Part shown: positions 10,451 to 18,136 of the stretch, one piece after another
Layout: every line of letters begins with the position of its first letter
How positions within the stretch are numbered: position 1 is the stretch's first letter
Assembly: GCA_934130545.1 (NCBI GenBank)
Contig: CAKOYD010000001.1
Coordinates: 138,343 to 202,342, forward strand
Source of the DNA: an uncultured Bacilli bacterium
GTDB taxonomy: Bacteria > Bacillota_I > Bacilli_A > RF39 > UBA660
Length of the DNA: 64,000 nucleotides
Reading direction: 5' to 3'
Notes under the pieces: model-generated
Seen by the model: the letters and a program-made list of their open reading frames with translations, nothing else
Database searches by the model: none
What the model was told of the DNA's origin: nothing
Program-made: the position numbers and the translations under genes

Positions 10451-11942
10451 TTATGTTTTTGTCTTTATCAATTGTTAGATAATTAATAATACTACTTAAC
10501 ATATTTTTATTTATATCTTTTAAGTTAATAAAATTATCGATAATAGTGTCATAGTCGTACTTTTGCTTGTTAATAATATTCATTTTCTTTAATAATTTAT
10601 TTTCTTTATCCACAAGTGTGTTGATATTATTAGTTATTTCTTTAGTGTATTCTATATATTCTTGAGTGGTTATTATATTATCTAGTTTATCATAATAGAG
10701 TTGTTTCTTTTTTGATAGTAAGTTGTTTTTATCTAGTTTTATAGAATTTAGACTAGTGGTTAGTGAAGTTTTTATTTTTTTGTTAGTGCTAGTTTGTAAG
10801 ATTTCTTTTAAGTAGACTTTATTTATGTTAGATTTTAAATATTTGCTTATTTCTTTTAGGATGACTTGTTCTAATAAATTATAATTAATAGTATGAGGAG
10901 TGCATAGTTTGTACTTACTGTATTTTCGGTAGTATGCGCAACTTGTATAACTATTATTACCTATTTTAGATATTGTTATTTGGTGCTGACATTCATAGCA
11001 CTTGATAAAACCTTTGAGTAAATAGTTAGATGATTTAGATTGGAGATTTTTATTTTTAGATAAGTTATTATTTACAATATTAAATATTTGCTTGTCAATG
11101 ATTGGTAAATGAGAGTTTTGGGTAATAATCCAATTTTCTTTGGGAGTTTTTATTTCTTTTTTTATTTTATAATTTATTTTCTTTCTTATTCCTTGATATA
11201 ATGATCCTGTATATGTGGGGTTAGTTAAAATATCTTTAATGGTCTTGCTACTCCATATGCCGGTAGAGTGTCTATGTAAATTAGCATATACACTAGGAGT
11301 TGGAATGTTTTTAGAGGTTAATATATTGGCAATTTGACTCAGACCATAACCAAGATAAGCTAAATTAAATATTTGTTTTACTATTTGTGATGAATTATCA
11401 TCAATTACTAGTTTATAACGATTATTAGGATCTAGTTTATAGCCGTATACGGCTTTCCAACCTAAAAATAAGCCTTGCTCTTTTTTTGCCCGAAGACTTC
11501 TTCTTACTTTTTTGGAAGTATCTTTAGCATATTGATCATTAAAAACGGCTTTAAATGGTGCAATGTCATTACTAGTGCTGTCATAGTAGGTGTCAATATC
11601 ATCTAATATAGCGATATATCTTATATTATGCATGGGAAAATATTTTTCAAGATACTCCCCTGTTTTAATATAGTCTCTTCCTAATCTAGAATAGTCTTTT
11701 GTTATAACACAGTTAACCTTGTTTTCTTCAATATCGTTAATTAATTTTTTAAAAGATGGTCTATCAAAGTTTGTACCAGAATAACCGTCATCAATATATT
11801 CTTGATATATTTGGTAATTGATATCTAACTTTTCAAGATAATTTAGAATAATACTTCTTTGGTTAGAGATGCTTTCACTTTCTTCTTTATCTTTATTATC
11901 GCTATGAGATAGTCTGATATAGATACCTATTTTATATATCAT
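10431..11942 (-). CDS. large serine recombinase (resolvase domain + recombinase domain + zinc ribbon + coiled coil)
   Basis: N-terminal IGIYIRLSHSD...SISNQR...DDGYSGTNFDRP...YSRLGRD resolvase catalytic motifs and a C-terminal Cys cluster. Stop is 10 bp from the left junction. Confidence 0.85.
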   Translation of the reverse strand: MIYKIGIYIRLSHSDNKDKEESESISNQRSIILNYLEKLDINYQIYQEYIDDGYSGTNFDRPSFKKLINDIEENKVNCVITKDYSRLGRDYIKTGEYLEKYFPMHNIRYIAILDDIDTYYDSTSNDIAPFKAVFNDQYAKDTSKKVRRSLRAKKEQGLFLGWKAVYGYKLDPNNRYKLVIDDNSSQIVKQIFNLAYLGYGLSQIANILTSKNIPTPSVYANLHRHSTGIWSSKTIKDILTNPTYTGSLYQGIRKKINYKIKKEIKTPKENWIITQNSHLPIIDKQIFNIVNNNLSKNKNLQSKSSNYLLKGFIKCYECQHQITISKIGNNSYTSCAYYRKYSKYKLCTPHTINYNLLEQVILKEISKYLKSNINKVYLKEILQTSTNKKIKTSLTTSLNSIKLDKNNLLSKKKQLYYDKLDNIITTQEYIEYTKEITNNINTLVDKENKLLKKMNIINKQKYDYDTIIDNFINLKDINKNMLSSIINYLTIDKDKNITIYYHI

Positions 11943-12077
11943 TATCTAGTCCATAATATTTATTAAAGTATTCTACTAAGTAATAAGATAATAGTTTGTT
12001 AATGTCAAAATTTATTTCAGGATGGATATTTATAATATTCATAGTATCACCTAGTTTAATATATGAGTAAAAAAATA

Positions 12078-12093
12078 GATTATCACGAGTGAT
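12078..12093. promoter_or_regulatory. perfect palindrome TTATCAC-GA-GTGATAA between the XRE gene and the LSR 1 start
   Basis: 7-bp inverted repeat with a 2-nt spacer. The spacer is too short for a hairpin loop, so this looks like an operator in the recombinase promoter region. Confidence 0.45.
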
Positions 12094-12096
12094 AAC

Positions 12097-12336
12097 CTAT
12101 TTATCTAAATCATTAAATAATTCTTTTATATCAATATCTAGAACTTCAGCAAACTTCCATACTGTCCCTAAACTAAATGTTTGATGATAATTGGGACTTT
12201 CAATATTCATAATAAATCCATCACTATATGAACACTTCTCAGCAAATTCTGATTGTGTTAACTTTTTAAGTTTTCTTTGTTTCTTTAAATTTTGTGATAC
12301 TAAATAGTATACATAGTTTTCATCTTTCTTATCCAT
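12097..12336 (-). CDS. XRE-family helix-turn-helix transcriptional regulator
   Basis: LTQSEFAEKCSYSDGFIMNIE HTH_3-like segment. Divergent from the plus-strand ORF 12458..12667. Confidence 0.65.
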   Translation of the reverse strand: MDKKDENYVYYLVSQNLKKQRKLKKLTQSEFAEKCSYSDGFIMNIESPNYHQTFSLGTVWKFAEVLDIDIKELFNDLDK

Positions 12337-12457
12337 ATATTAGTACACTTCCCTCTACTAATATTTTCTCACTAAAGTTGATTTTTATTCTTCACTTGTT
12401 CGTTGAGATTTGGTATAATATAGTTATAATTCTTAAATTGATTAGTGGTGAAAAGGC

Positions 12458-12667
12458 ATGATTAAAGAAAATAAAGTTAATGAAGGTGAATTGGTACTAT
12501 ATAGTACAGTATTAAGTATTTATAACTATTATAATAAAAGTTTTACTAAAGAAATTAATGATAATATTCTTTTACTTTTAGATAGCTTAGAGAAAAATAG
12601 ATGGGATAATAGTGAAGCTGATATTGATAAAATAGAATTAATTGAAAAAATTACTTATCAAGATTAA
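12458..12667 (+). CDS. hypothetical small protein (element A cargo)
   Basis: ORF only. Divergent from the XRE gene. No recognisable motif. Confidence 0.3.
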   Translation: MIKENKVNEGELVLYSTVLSIYNYYNKSFTKEINDNILLLLDSLEKNRWDNSEADIDKIELIEKITYQD

Positions 12668-12878
12668 TTATTTTTTTATATAATTCTATTTCTTTTTGGT
12701 TGTTATCTTTAAATAGTTTAATAAATTTAGTTTTTAGGGCTTGATAGTATTCGGTTAATAATAGTAAGTCTTTTTTATTTAATTGGTTTTCTTTGAGCAT
12801 TTGTCTTATTACTAGGAGTTCTAATAAAGTGTTAGATAATTCTTCATTAATATTAAATCTTATGTCTTCTATTTTCAT
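12651..12878 (-). CDS. hypothetical small protein (element A cargo)
   Basis: ORF only. Convergent with and overlapping 12458..12667, so one of the two may be spurious. Confidence 0.25.
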   Translation of the reverse strand: MKIEDIRFNINEELSNTLLELLVIRQMLKENQLNKKDLLLLTEYYQALKTKFIKLFKDNNQKEIELYKKIINLDK

Positions 12879-12891
12879 TATTTCCTTTCCT

Positions 12892-12919
12892 ATATATTAT
12901 CACTTTATACTAGAAGGGG
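12892..12919. repeat. element A right att arm
   Basis: Reverse complement (ttctagtataaagtgataatatatag) mirrors the left arm. Confidence 0.65.
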
Positions 12920-12920
12920 T

Positions 12921-13061
12921 GGTATGCCCGAGATGACATTAGAATGGGGTATTAAGCAAGCCGGGTTAGATCCTAAGACGGATATGACAGTTGATACTTC
13001 TATTGCTTTTGCTGCTATGCAGGGAGCTTTTGTTGGAGGAACAGGTGATTTTGTAACACTA
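12921..13061 (+). pseudogene. SBP gene middle fragment (NMT1/SsuA family) lying between elements A and B
   Basis: Plus-strand translation GMPEMTLEWGIKQAGLDPKTDMTVDTSIAFAAMQGAFVGGTGDFVTL is typical of NMT1-family SBPs. The listed minus-strand ORF 12905..13093 is antisense noise. Confidence 0.7.
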
Positions 13062-13163
13062 TTTGATGATAGTGATATAGTATGAAAGTGCAATATATAT
13101 AATTCTATCTTCTTATCTATTTAATTATATAATTAATGATTTCTAATAGTCAACATAATTAAT

Positions 13164-14579
13164 CTATAGATAACTAGTATAGTTTACTTGGTAAGTTATG
13201 CTATATCTTTTAGTGGATTTACTATCGTAGCCTCTTTTAAATATAAACTCTTTTTGATATGGTTTTGGTAAATTATTTATTTTAATATCTAAGATTATTT
13301 GGTTATTGTTAGAAGATACATTAATACTATCTATTACTTTTATTAGAGTGTTTATAATAGTGCTTTCTAAAACATCATTAATATTATTAGTTATTTTGAT
13401 AGTATCTATTTCTTCGTTAGTAGACTTATAGATAGTTAGTAATTCTTTAGTTATATCTTGAGTGTTAATATTTAAGATTTTAGTAATATAACTTATGATG
13501 GTATTTAATTCATTTTCTCTAATGTTTGGATTATTACATTTATTATGAATATGACTAGAACAAACCCACGATACTGTTTTATTTTTTAGATAGATTCGAC
13601 GATAGTACGTTTTGTGGCAAGAAGAACAATATATTTTTTGACTATAGGTATATTTTTGAGGAGTATTACTACTCTTTTTTCGTAATTTGAGACGTTTATT
13701 GGCTAGATTCCATGTTTCTTCACTTACTATGGGAGGAATTTTAGTATTATCTTTATATATGTACCAAGATGATGGATCAAGATATTTTATTTTTTTAGTC
13801 ATATAGTCTGCTACTTCTTTTTTATGACCACAGTAATAACCTTTATATTTTGGATTAGTAATAATTCTTGAGATTGTAGTGGTAGTCCACTTTTTGGGGG
13901 TATTATAATCATTATTTAATATTTGGCTTATTTTTGTTAGAGATAATTTATTTTTGGTATACATTTTGAAGATATTTTGAATAACTGCAGCTTCTTCAGA
14001 AATAATTTCTAAATTCTTAGTAGTCATATTTTTCTTATAGCCATATAAGTTGTTGGCTCCTAGAACCTCTCCCCTTTTTATGGCTCTACTCATACCAAAT
14101 TTTATTCTTTCGGATAATCTTCTTACTTCATCTTGGGCAAGACTAGCCATTATTGTTAGGCGTAATTCCGAGTCATTTAATATAGTATTGATGTTATCGT
14201 TTATAAATAATACTGCCACACCATAGTTTAATAATTCTCTTGAATACTTAATACTATCAAGGGTATTTCTAGAAAATCTTGATATTTCTTTGGTTATTAT
14301 TAAGTCAAACTTATTTTTTTTGGCATCATTAATCATTTGCATAAACATTTTTCTCTTTATATCACTGACACCACTGATACCTTCATCAATATAACCAGGG
14401 ACATAAGTCCAATTAGGGTTATTCATTATATATTCAGAAAAGTGTTCATTTTGATTTTGTAATGATTTAATTTGCTCTAGGTGTTCGGTGGATACTCTAG
14501 CATAATAAGTAGCTCTTAGAGGAATATTATTTAATAATTCACCACTTGCTAATTTTTTCTTTACTTCATAGATATTCAT
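13164..14579 (-). CDS. large serine recombinase
   Basis: YARVST...QNQ...DEGISGVSD...ISRFSRN resolvase motifs, a recombinase domain and a C-terminal Cys-rich zinc ribbon. Lies at the left end of element B. Confidence 0.85.
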   Translation of the reverse strand: MNIYEVKKKLASGELLNNIPLRATYYARVSTEHLEQIKSLQNQNEHFSEYIMNNPNWTYVPGYIDEGISGVSDIKRKMFMQMINDAKKNKFDLIITKEISRFSRNTLDSIKYSRELLNYGVAVLFINDNINTILNDSELRLTIMASLAQDEVRRLSERIKFGMSRAIKRGEVLGANNLYGYKKNMTTKNLEIISEEAAVIQNIFKMYTKNKLSLTKISQILNNDYNTPKKWTTTTISRIITNPKYKGYYCGHKKEVADYMTKKIKYLDPSSWYIYKDNTKIPPIVSEETWNLANKRLKLRKKSSNTPQKYTYSQKIYCSSCHKTYYRRIYLKNKTVSWVCSSHIHNKCNNPNIRENELNTIISYITKILNINTQDITKELLTIYKSTNEEIDTIKITNNINDVLESTIINTLIKVIDSINVSSNNNQIILDIKINNLPKPYQKEFIFKRGYDSKSTKRYSITYQVNYTSYL

Positions 14580-14710
14580 TCGTTATAGTACTCTTTCTTT
14601 GACAGTTTATCTTGGCAGAAGTTATATAAATATAGGGAGATAATATTTTCTTCATATAGTTTGCTATTTATTTCAAGGGCTAGATTATTAGTAATTATTT
14701 TCTTTAGCAT
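14576..14710 (-). CDS. 44-aa small ORF overlapping the LSR 2 start (ATGA overlap); single-Cys peptide with a charged tail
   Basis: MLKKIITNNLALEINSKLYEENIISLYLYNFCQDKLSKKEYYNE. Read from the sequence; below the ORF-track length cutoff. Function is speculative. Confidence 0.25.
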   Translation of the reverse strand: MLKKIITNNLALEINSKLYEENIISLYLYNFCQDKLSKKEYYNE

Positions 14711-14778
14711 GTTATCACCTATTTAATTTTATGTGATAAATATTAATTTATAATTTACTAGTGGTTTATTATGTGATA
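14711..14778. promoter_or_regulatory. GTGATA-containing repeats upstream of the LytTR regulator gene
   Basis: TTATGTGATA at 14729-38 and 14769-78 (direct, 40 bp apart) plus the inverted copy gTTATCACct at 14711-20. LytTR proteins bind imperfect direct repeats. Confidence 0.4.
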
Positions 14779-14813
14779 GAATTAAATAGTACGTTTACTC
14801 TCATTAGATAAGA

Positions 14814-15569
14814 ATGGGAGTTATTATGAACTTTATTGTATATGAAGATGATACAAGATTTTCTTACGAATATAAAAAAGTTATTCACAAAGTTATGGGG
14901 CTATCGAGTGATAATTATAAGATAACAGAATTTAATAGTTATAATAAAGAAGTATGGGAAAAAATTAAGACAATTGGTAGTCCTAAAATATTTATTGTTG
15001 ATGTTGAAGTTCCTAATAAAAATGGTATTGATTTAGCAAGAATGATTAGAAAAAGCGGTGATTGGACAAGTCCGATTATTGTTATTACTAATTATCAAGA
15101 ATTTAGAAATGTCGGCTATACTGCTAAAATACTAATGTTAGATTTTATAAATAAGAAAGATAATATAAAAGAAGAATTATATCGTGATTTACTTATTGCT
15201 TTAGAAATTAATTCAACGAAGAAAGCTTTACGTTTTACTATTAAAGGTGAAGTTTATCAAGTTCCTTACCAAGATATATTATATATTGAAAAGAATATTA
15301 ATGATAATTATGCTACTATTGTTTGTTCAGATAAAGAATATACCATTAGAAAAACTATTTGTGAATTAGAAGAAGAACTTAAAGATGAGAATATTTTTGT
15401 TAAGAGTCATCGTAGTTTTATTGTAAATATAAATAATATTAAATCTATTAAGTTTGATTATTCAGTTATTGAGTTTGGTAATGGAATAGAAGCATTAATA
15501 TCTAGAAATAACAAAAAGAAATTAAAAGAGATTATGAGTTATAAGAATGAACGGCACTATAATATATAA
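14814..15569 (+). CDS. LytTR-family response regulator (AgrA/ComE-like)
   Basis: N-terminal receiver domain (DD...K pattern) and a C-terminal LytTR DNA-binding domain (FVKSHRSFIVNINNIKSI). Confidence 0.8.
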   Translation: MGVIMNFIVYEDDTRFSYEYKKVIHKVMGLSSDNYKITEFNSYNKEVWEKIKTIGSPKIFIVDVEVPNKNGIDLARMIRKSGDWTSPIIVITNYQEFRNVGYTAKILMLDFINKKDNIKEELYRDLLIALEINSTKKALRFTIKGEVYQVPYQDILYIEKNINDNYATIVCSDKEYTIRKTICELEEELKDENIFVKSHRSFIVNINNIKSIKFDYSVIEFGNGIEALISRNNKKKLKEIMSYKNERHYNI

Positions 15570-16848
15570 TATTATTGATTTTTATTTAATTAGTTTTTAT
15601 TACTATTTTACTAATCGTATTGTTTTTAGAAAACGAGTATATATTAACTATTACACTTTATTAATTTTTGTTATTTGTGGAGTTATGTTTTGTCTTGGTA
15701 AGATAATGCTTTGTAGTTTATTAATTATTATACCTTCTTTTTTAGTGGGATTTATTTATAATAAATATATTTTTAAGATGAAGACTTGTACTTCGTATTT
15801 ATTATCACTTATTTCTTCTTTTGTACTAGCTTTTATTGTAGCACTTTTTTGTGTACTATTTAGATTCTTAGGAATTAGTTTTGGTGGTAATTATTTATTG
15901 TTTTTATTGGCTAAAATGTTTTATATTGGGATAACGATGCTTATTACTTATGTAATTACGTGGAAAGTCTTCGAAAAGATTACCTTTAGTTATCGTAATT
16001 TTTGTTATATCATTGTGATAGGTGTTGTTATTTGTTTAGCATTATTAGTTATGGTTATGATTATGGTACATGAAAATAAGATATGTTTAATGTTATATCT
16101 TGCTTTAATAGCCATGCTATTACTAGGCACTTTGGTTGTGGACTATCGAGAGAAAAAGAATGCTGCTTGTGGAAAAAGGCTTATTGAACTATATGAATAT
16201 GCTAAAGAAAGTGATGCTGTTATTACCGAGTATAGAATGGCTTTACATGAGAGTAATAATACTCTACTAGCTATTAAAGGGATGCTTGGTGGTAATGCTG
16301 ATGAAATTAGAGATTATGTTGATAATGCTATTAAGAAACGTAGAAATATTACTGTTCCTAAAGATAACTTTGGTGCTTTAAATTATATACCTGTTCCTTC
16401 GATTAGATACTTTCTTAGTGGGAAGATATGTGCCATTAAGGATATTGGTTCTAGTGTAGAATTATTTATTAGTCCTGAGGTAGTTAAGATTAAAGATTAT
16501 GTAGGAATGGTTGATTGCTGGAATGATCTTTATATAGTTTTGGGAGTTGTGTTAGATAATGTAATTAATTCTTTGAAAGAAGCTCCTGATAAACTTTGCA
16601 GTATACAAATATATTTAGAAAGTACTATTTTACATTTTGAGTTTGCTAATACTTTTAATGATACTGCGAATGTTAGAAAAATAGCAAAGACAGGATATAA
16701 AACTAAGAATGTTAATCATGGTGTTGGATTGTCTTTAGTTGATGAAGTTTTAAAAGAGAAAAAATATTATAGTTTAGAAACGGATATTGTTGATAATTTC
16801 TTTGTTCAAAAATTAAAAATTGATTTAAGTAAGATTAAGATTAAGTAA
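15547..16848 (+). CDS. membrane sensor histidine kinase, AgrC/ComD-like (HPK10), GHKL ATPase
   Basis: Six or seven N-terminal TM helices, an H-box region and a C-terminal HATPase_c (NHGVGLSLV). Overlaps the response-regulator gene end. Confidence 0.75.
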   Translation: MNGTIIYNIIDFYLISFYYYFTNRIVFRKRVYINYYTLLIFVICGVMFCLGKIMLCSLLIIIPSFLVGFIYNKYIFKMKTCTSYLLSLISSFVLAFIVALFCVLFRFLGISFGGNYLLFLLAKMFYIGITMLITYVITWKVFEKITFSYRNFCYIIVIGVVICLALLVMVMIMVHENKICLMLYLALIAMLLLGTLVVDYREKKNAACGKRLIELYEYAKESDAVITEYRMALHESNNTLLAIKGMLGGNADEIRDYVDNAIKKRRNITVPKDNFGALNYIPVPSIRYFLSGKICAIKDIGSSVELFISPEVVKIKDYVGMVDCWNDLYIVLGVVLDNVINSLKEAPDKLCSIQIYLESTILHFEFANTFNDTANVRKIAKTGYKTKNVNHGVGLSLVDEVLKEKKYYSLETDIVDNFFVQKLKIDLSKIKIK

Positions 16849-16973
16849 ATTAATTCCCAAAAATCATTAAATATTTACTATTTATCATTTATTATAATTT
16901 TCTTATTTGTATGTGTTATGATGGTGTCATGCGAATAACCAATTCGTAAGATTGAAAGCGAGGTAAATTTGTA

Positions 16974-17183
16974 ATGAATGGTAAAGTAAAATGGTTTAAT
17001 AATGAGAAAGGATATGGCTTTATTGAATATAAAGACAATGAGGATATTTTTGTTCACTACTCTGCAATTAAGTGTAATGGATTTAAAACCTTAAAAGAGG
17101 GTGAACTTGTTCAGTTTAAACTTATTGATACTGATAAAGGTCTACAAGCTAGAGAAGTACTTTCATTATCTAGTATTTGTTAA
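16974..17183 (+). CDS. cspA: cold-shock protein (CspA family)
   Basis: MNGKVKWFNNEKGYGFI RNP1 and VHYSAI RNP2 motifs. Long 5' UTR. Confidence 0.9.
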   Translation: MNGKVKWFNNEKGYGFIEYKDNEDIFVHYSAIKCNGFKTLKEGELVQFKLIDTDKGLQAREVLSLSSIC

Positions 17184-17204
17184 AATATAAGTCATTAATT
17201 AATA

Positions 17205-17239
17205 CTCAATTACATATAATTTGTAGTTGAGTTTTTTAC
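17205..17239 (+). terminator. rho-independent terminator after cspA
   Basis: Stem ctcaattac/gtagttgag (8/9 pairs), loop atataattt, then TTTTTT. Confidence 0.55.
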
Positions 17240-17254
17240 TGCTTTCCTACCCTT

Positions 17255-17683
17255 ACACTAACAGAACCTAATGCAACAGCTGTAGAAAAAGCTGGGCTTG
17301 GTCATATTGTATGTTATGTTGGGGATTTAGGTGGTTTAGTGCCTTATACTGCTTATAATGCTAAGAAAAGTTTTATAGATAATAATAAAGATGTTATTAA
17401 GGGATTTAGTAAGGCTATTGATAAAGCACTTAAGTATGTTGATAGTCATGATAGTAAAGATATAGCACCTCTTATATTAGATTATTTTCCTGATACTAAG
17501 TTAGAGGACATGATTACAATAATTGATCGATATAAAACTGGTCAAGCATGGAAGAAAAATATTACTATTAATGAAGATGAATGGAATCATATTCAAGAAA
17601 TAATAATGGAAGCTGGCGAGTTAAATAATACTGTTAGTTATGATAAATTAGTATATTCTAAGCATTTTAAAGATTATGAATAA
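17255..17683 (+). pseudogene. SBP gene C-terminal fragment (NMT1/SsuA family)
   Basis: In-frame TLTEPNATAVEKAGLGHIVCYVGDLGG... continues to the stop at 17683. The listed ORF start at 17339 is an internal GTG. Confidence 0.7.
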
Positions 17684-18095
17684 TATAGTTCAAATAAAAA
17701 ATATTAGTAAAGACTTTTATAGTAAGAATAAGATAACTACTGCGATTAAGGATATATCACTTGATGTTAAAGATGGGGAGTTTGTGGCTATTGTTGGACC
17801 TTCAGGGTGTGGTAAATCGACACTACTTAATATACTATGTAATTTAGATAAGCCAACTAGTGGGCAAATAATATTGAAGAATAATGCAAAAATTGGTTAT
17901 ATGCTCCAACAAGATTGTTTATTTCCATGGTTAACTATTTTCGATAATTGTTGTATAGGGTTAAAGATTGAAAATAAGTTAACTAAAGAGAATAAAGAAT
18001 ATGTTAAGAATTTATTATATACCTATGGGCTTAAAGATTTTATGAATAGTTATCCTAATAGTTTATCTGGTGGTATGCGTCAAAGAGTTGTTTGA
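17676..18095 (+). pseudogene. ABC transporter ATP-binding protein (SsuB/TauB/NrtD-like), N-terminal fragment interrupted by element C
   Basis: Walker A GPSGCGKST, Q-loop and signature LSGGMRQRV, then an element-derived stop. Walker B and the H-loop are found at 24348+. Confidence 0.8.
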
Positions 18096-18105
18096 ATATA
18101 ATAAA

Positions 18106-18134
18106 GACACAAGAAAATACACCCTAAGGTGTAC
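18106..18134 (-). terminator. terminator of the MMPL gene
   Basis: Stem tacacc/ggtgta with loop ctaa, then a T-rich run on the minus strand. Confidence 0.4.
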
Positions 18135-18136
18135 TT

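Larger units (their letters stand above)
10421..12919. mobile_element. LSR integrative element A (~2.5 kb) inserted in the SBP gene
   Basis: Bounded by GG core copies at 10421-22 and 12918-19. Has ~26-bp imperfect inverted arms (20/26 identical). Carries LSR 1, an XRE regulator and two small ORFs. Excision restores the SBP reading frame. Confidence 0.75.
13056..17260. mobile_element. LSR integrative element B (~4.2 kb) inserted in the SBP gene
   Basis: Bounded by a shared ACACTA at 13056-61 and 17255-60. In-silico excision gives DFVTLTEPNATAVEK in frame. Carries LSR 2, a LytTR response regulator, a histidine kinase and cspA. Confidence 0.7.

Noticed and set aside
12905-13093. 62-aa minus-strand ORF
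   Set aside because: The plus strand here encodes a recognisable NMT1-family SBP segment (GMPEMTLEWGIKQAGLDP...). The minus ORF is antisense noise.
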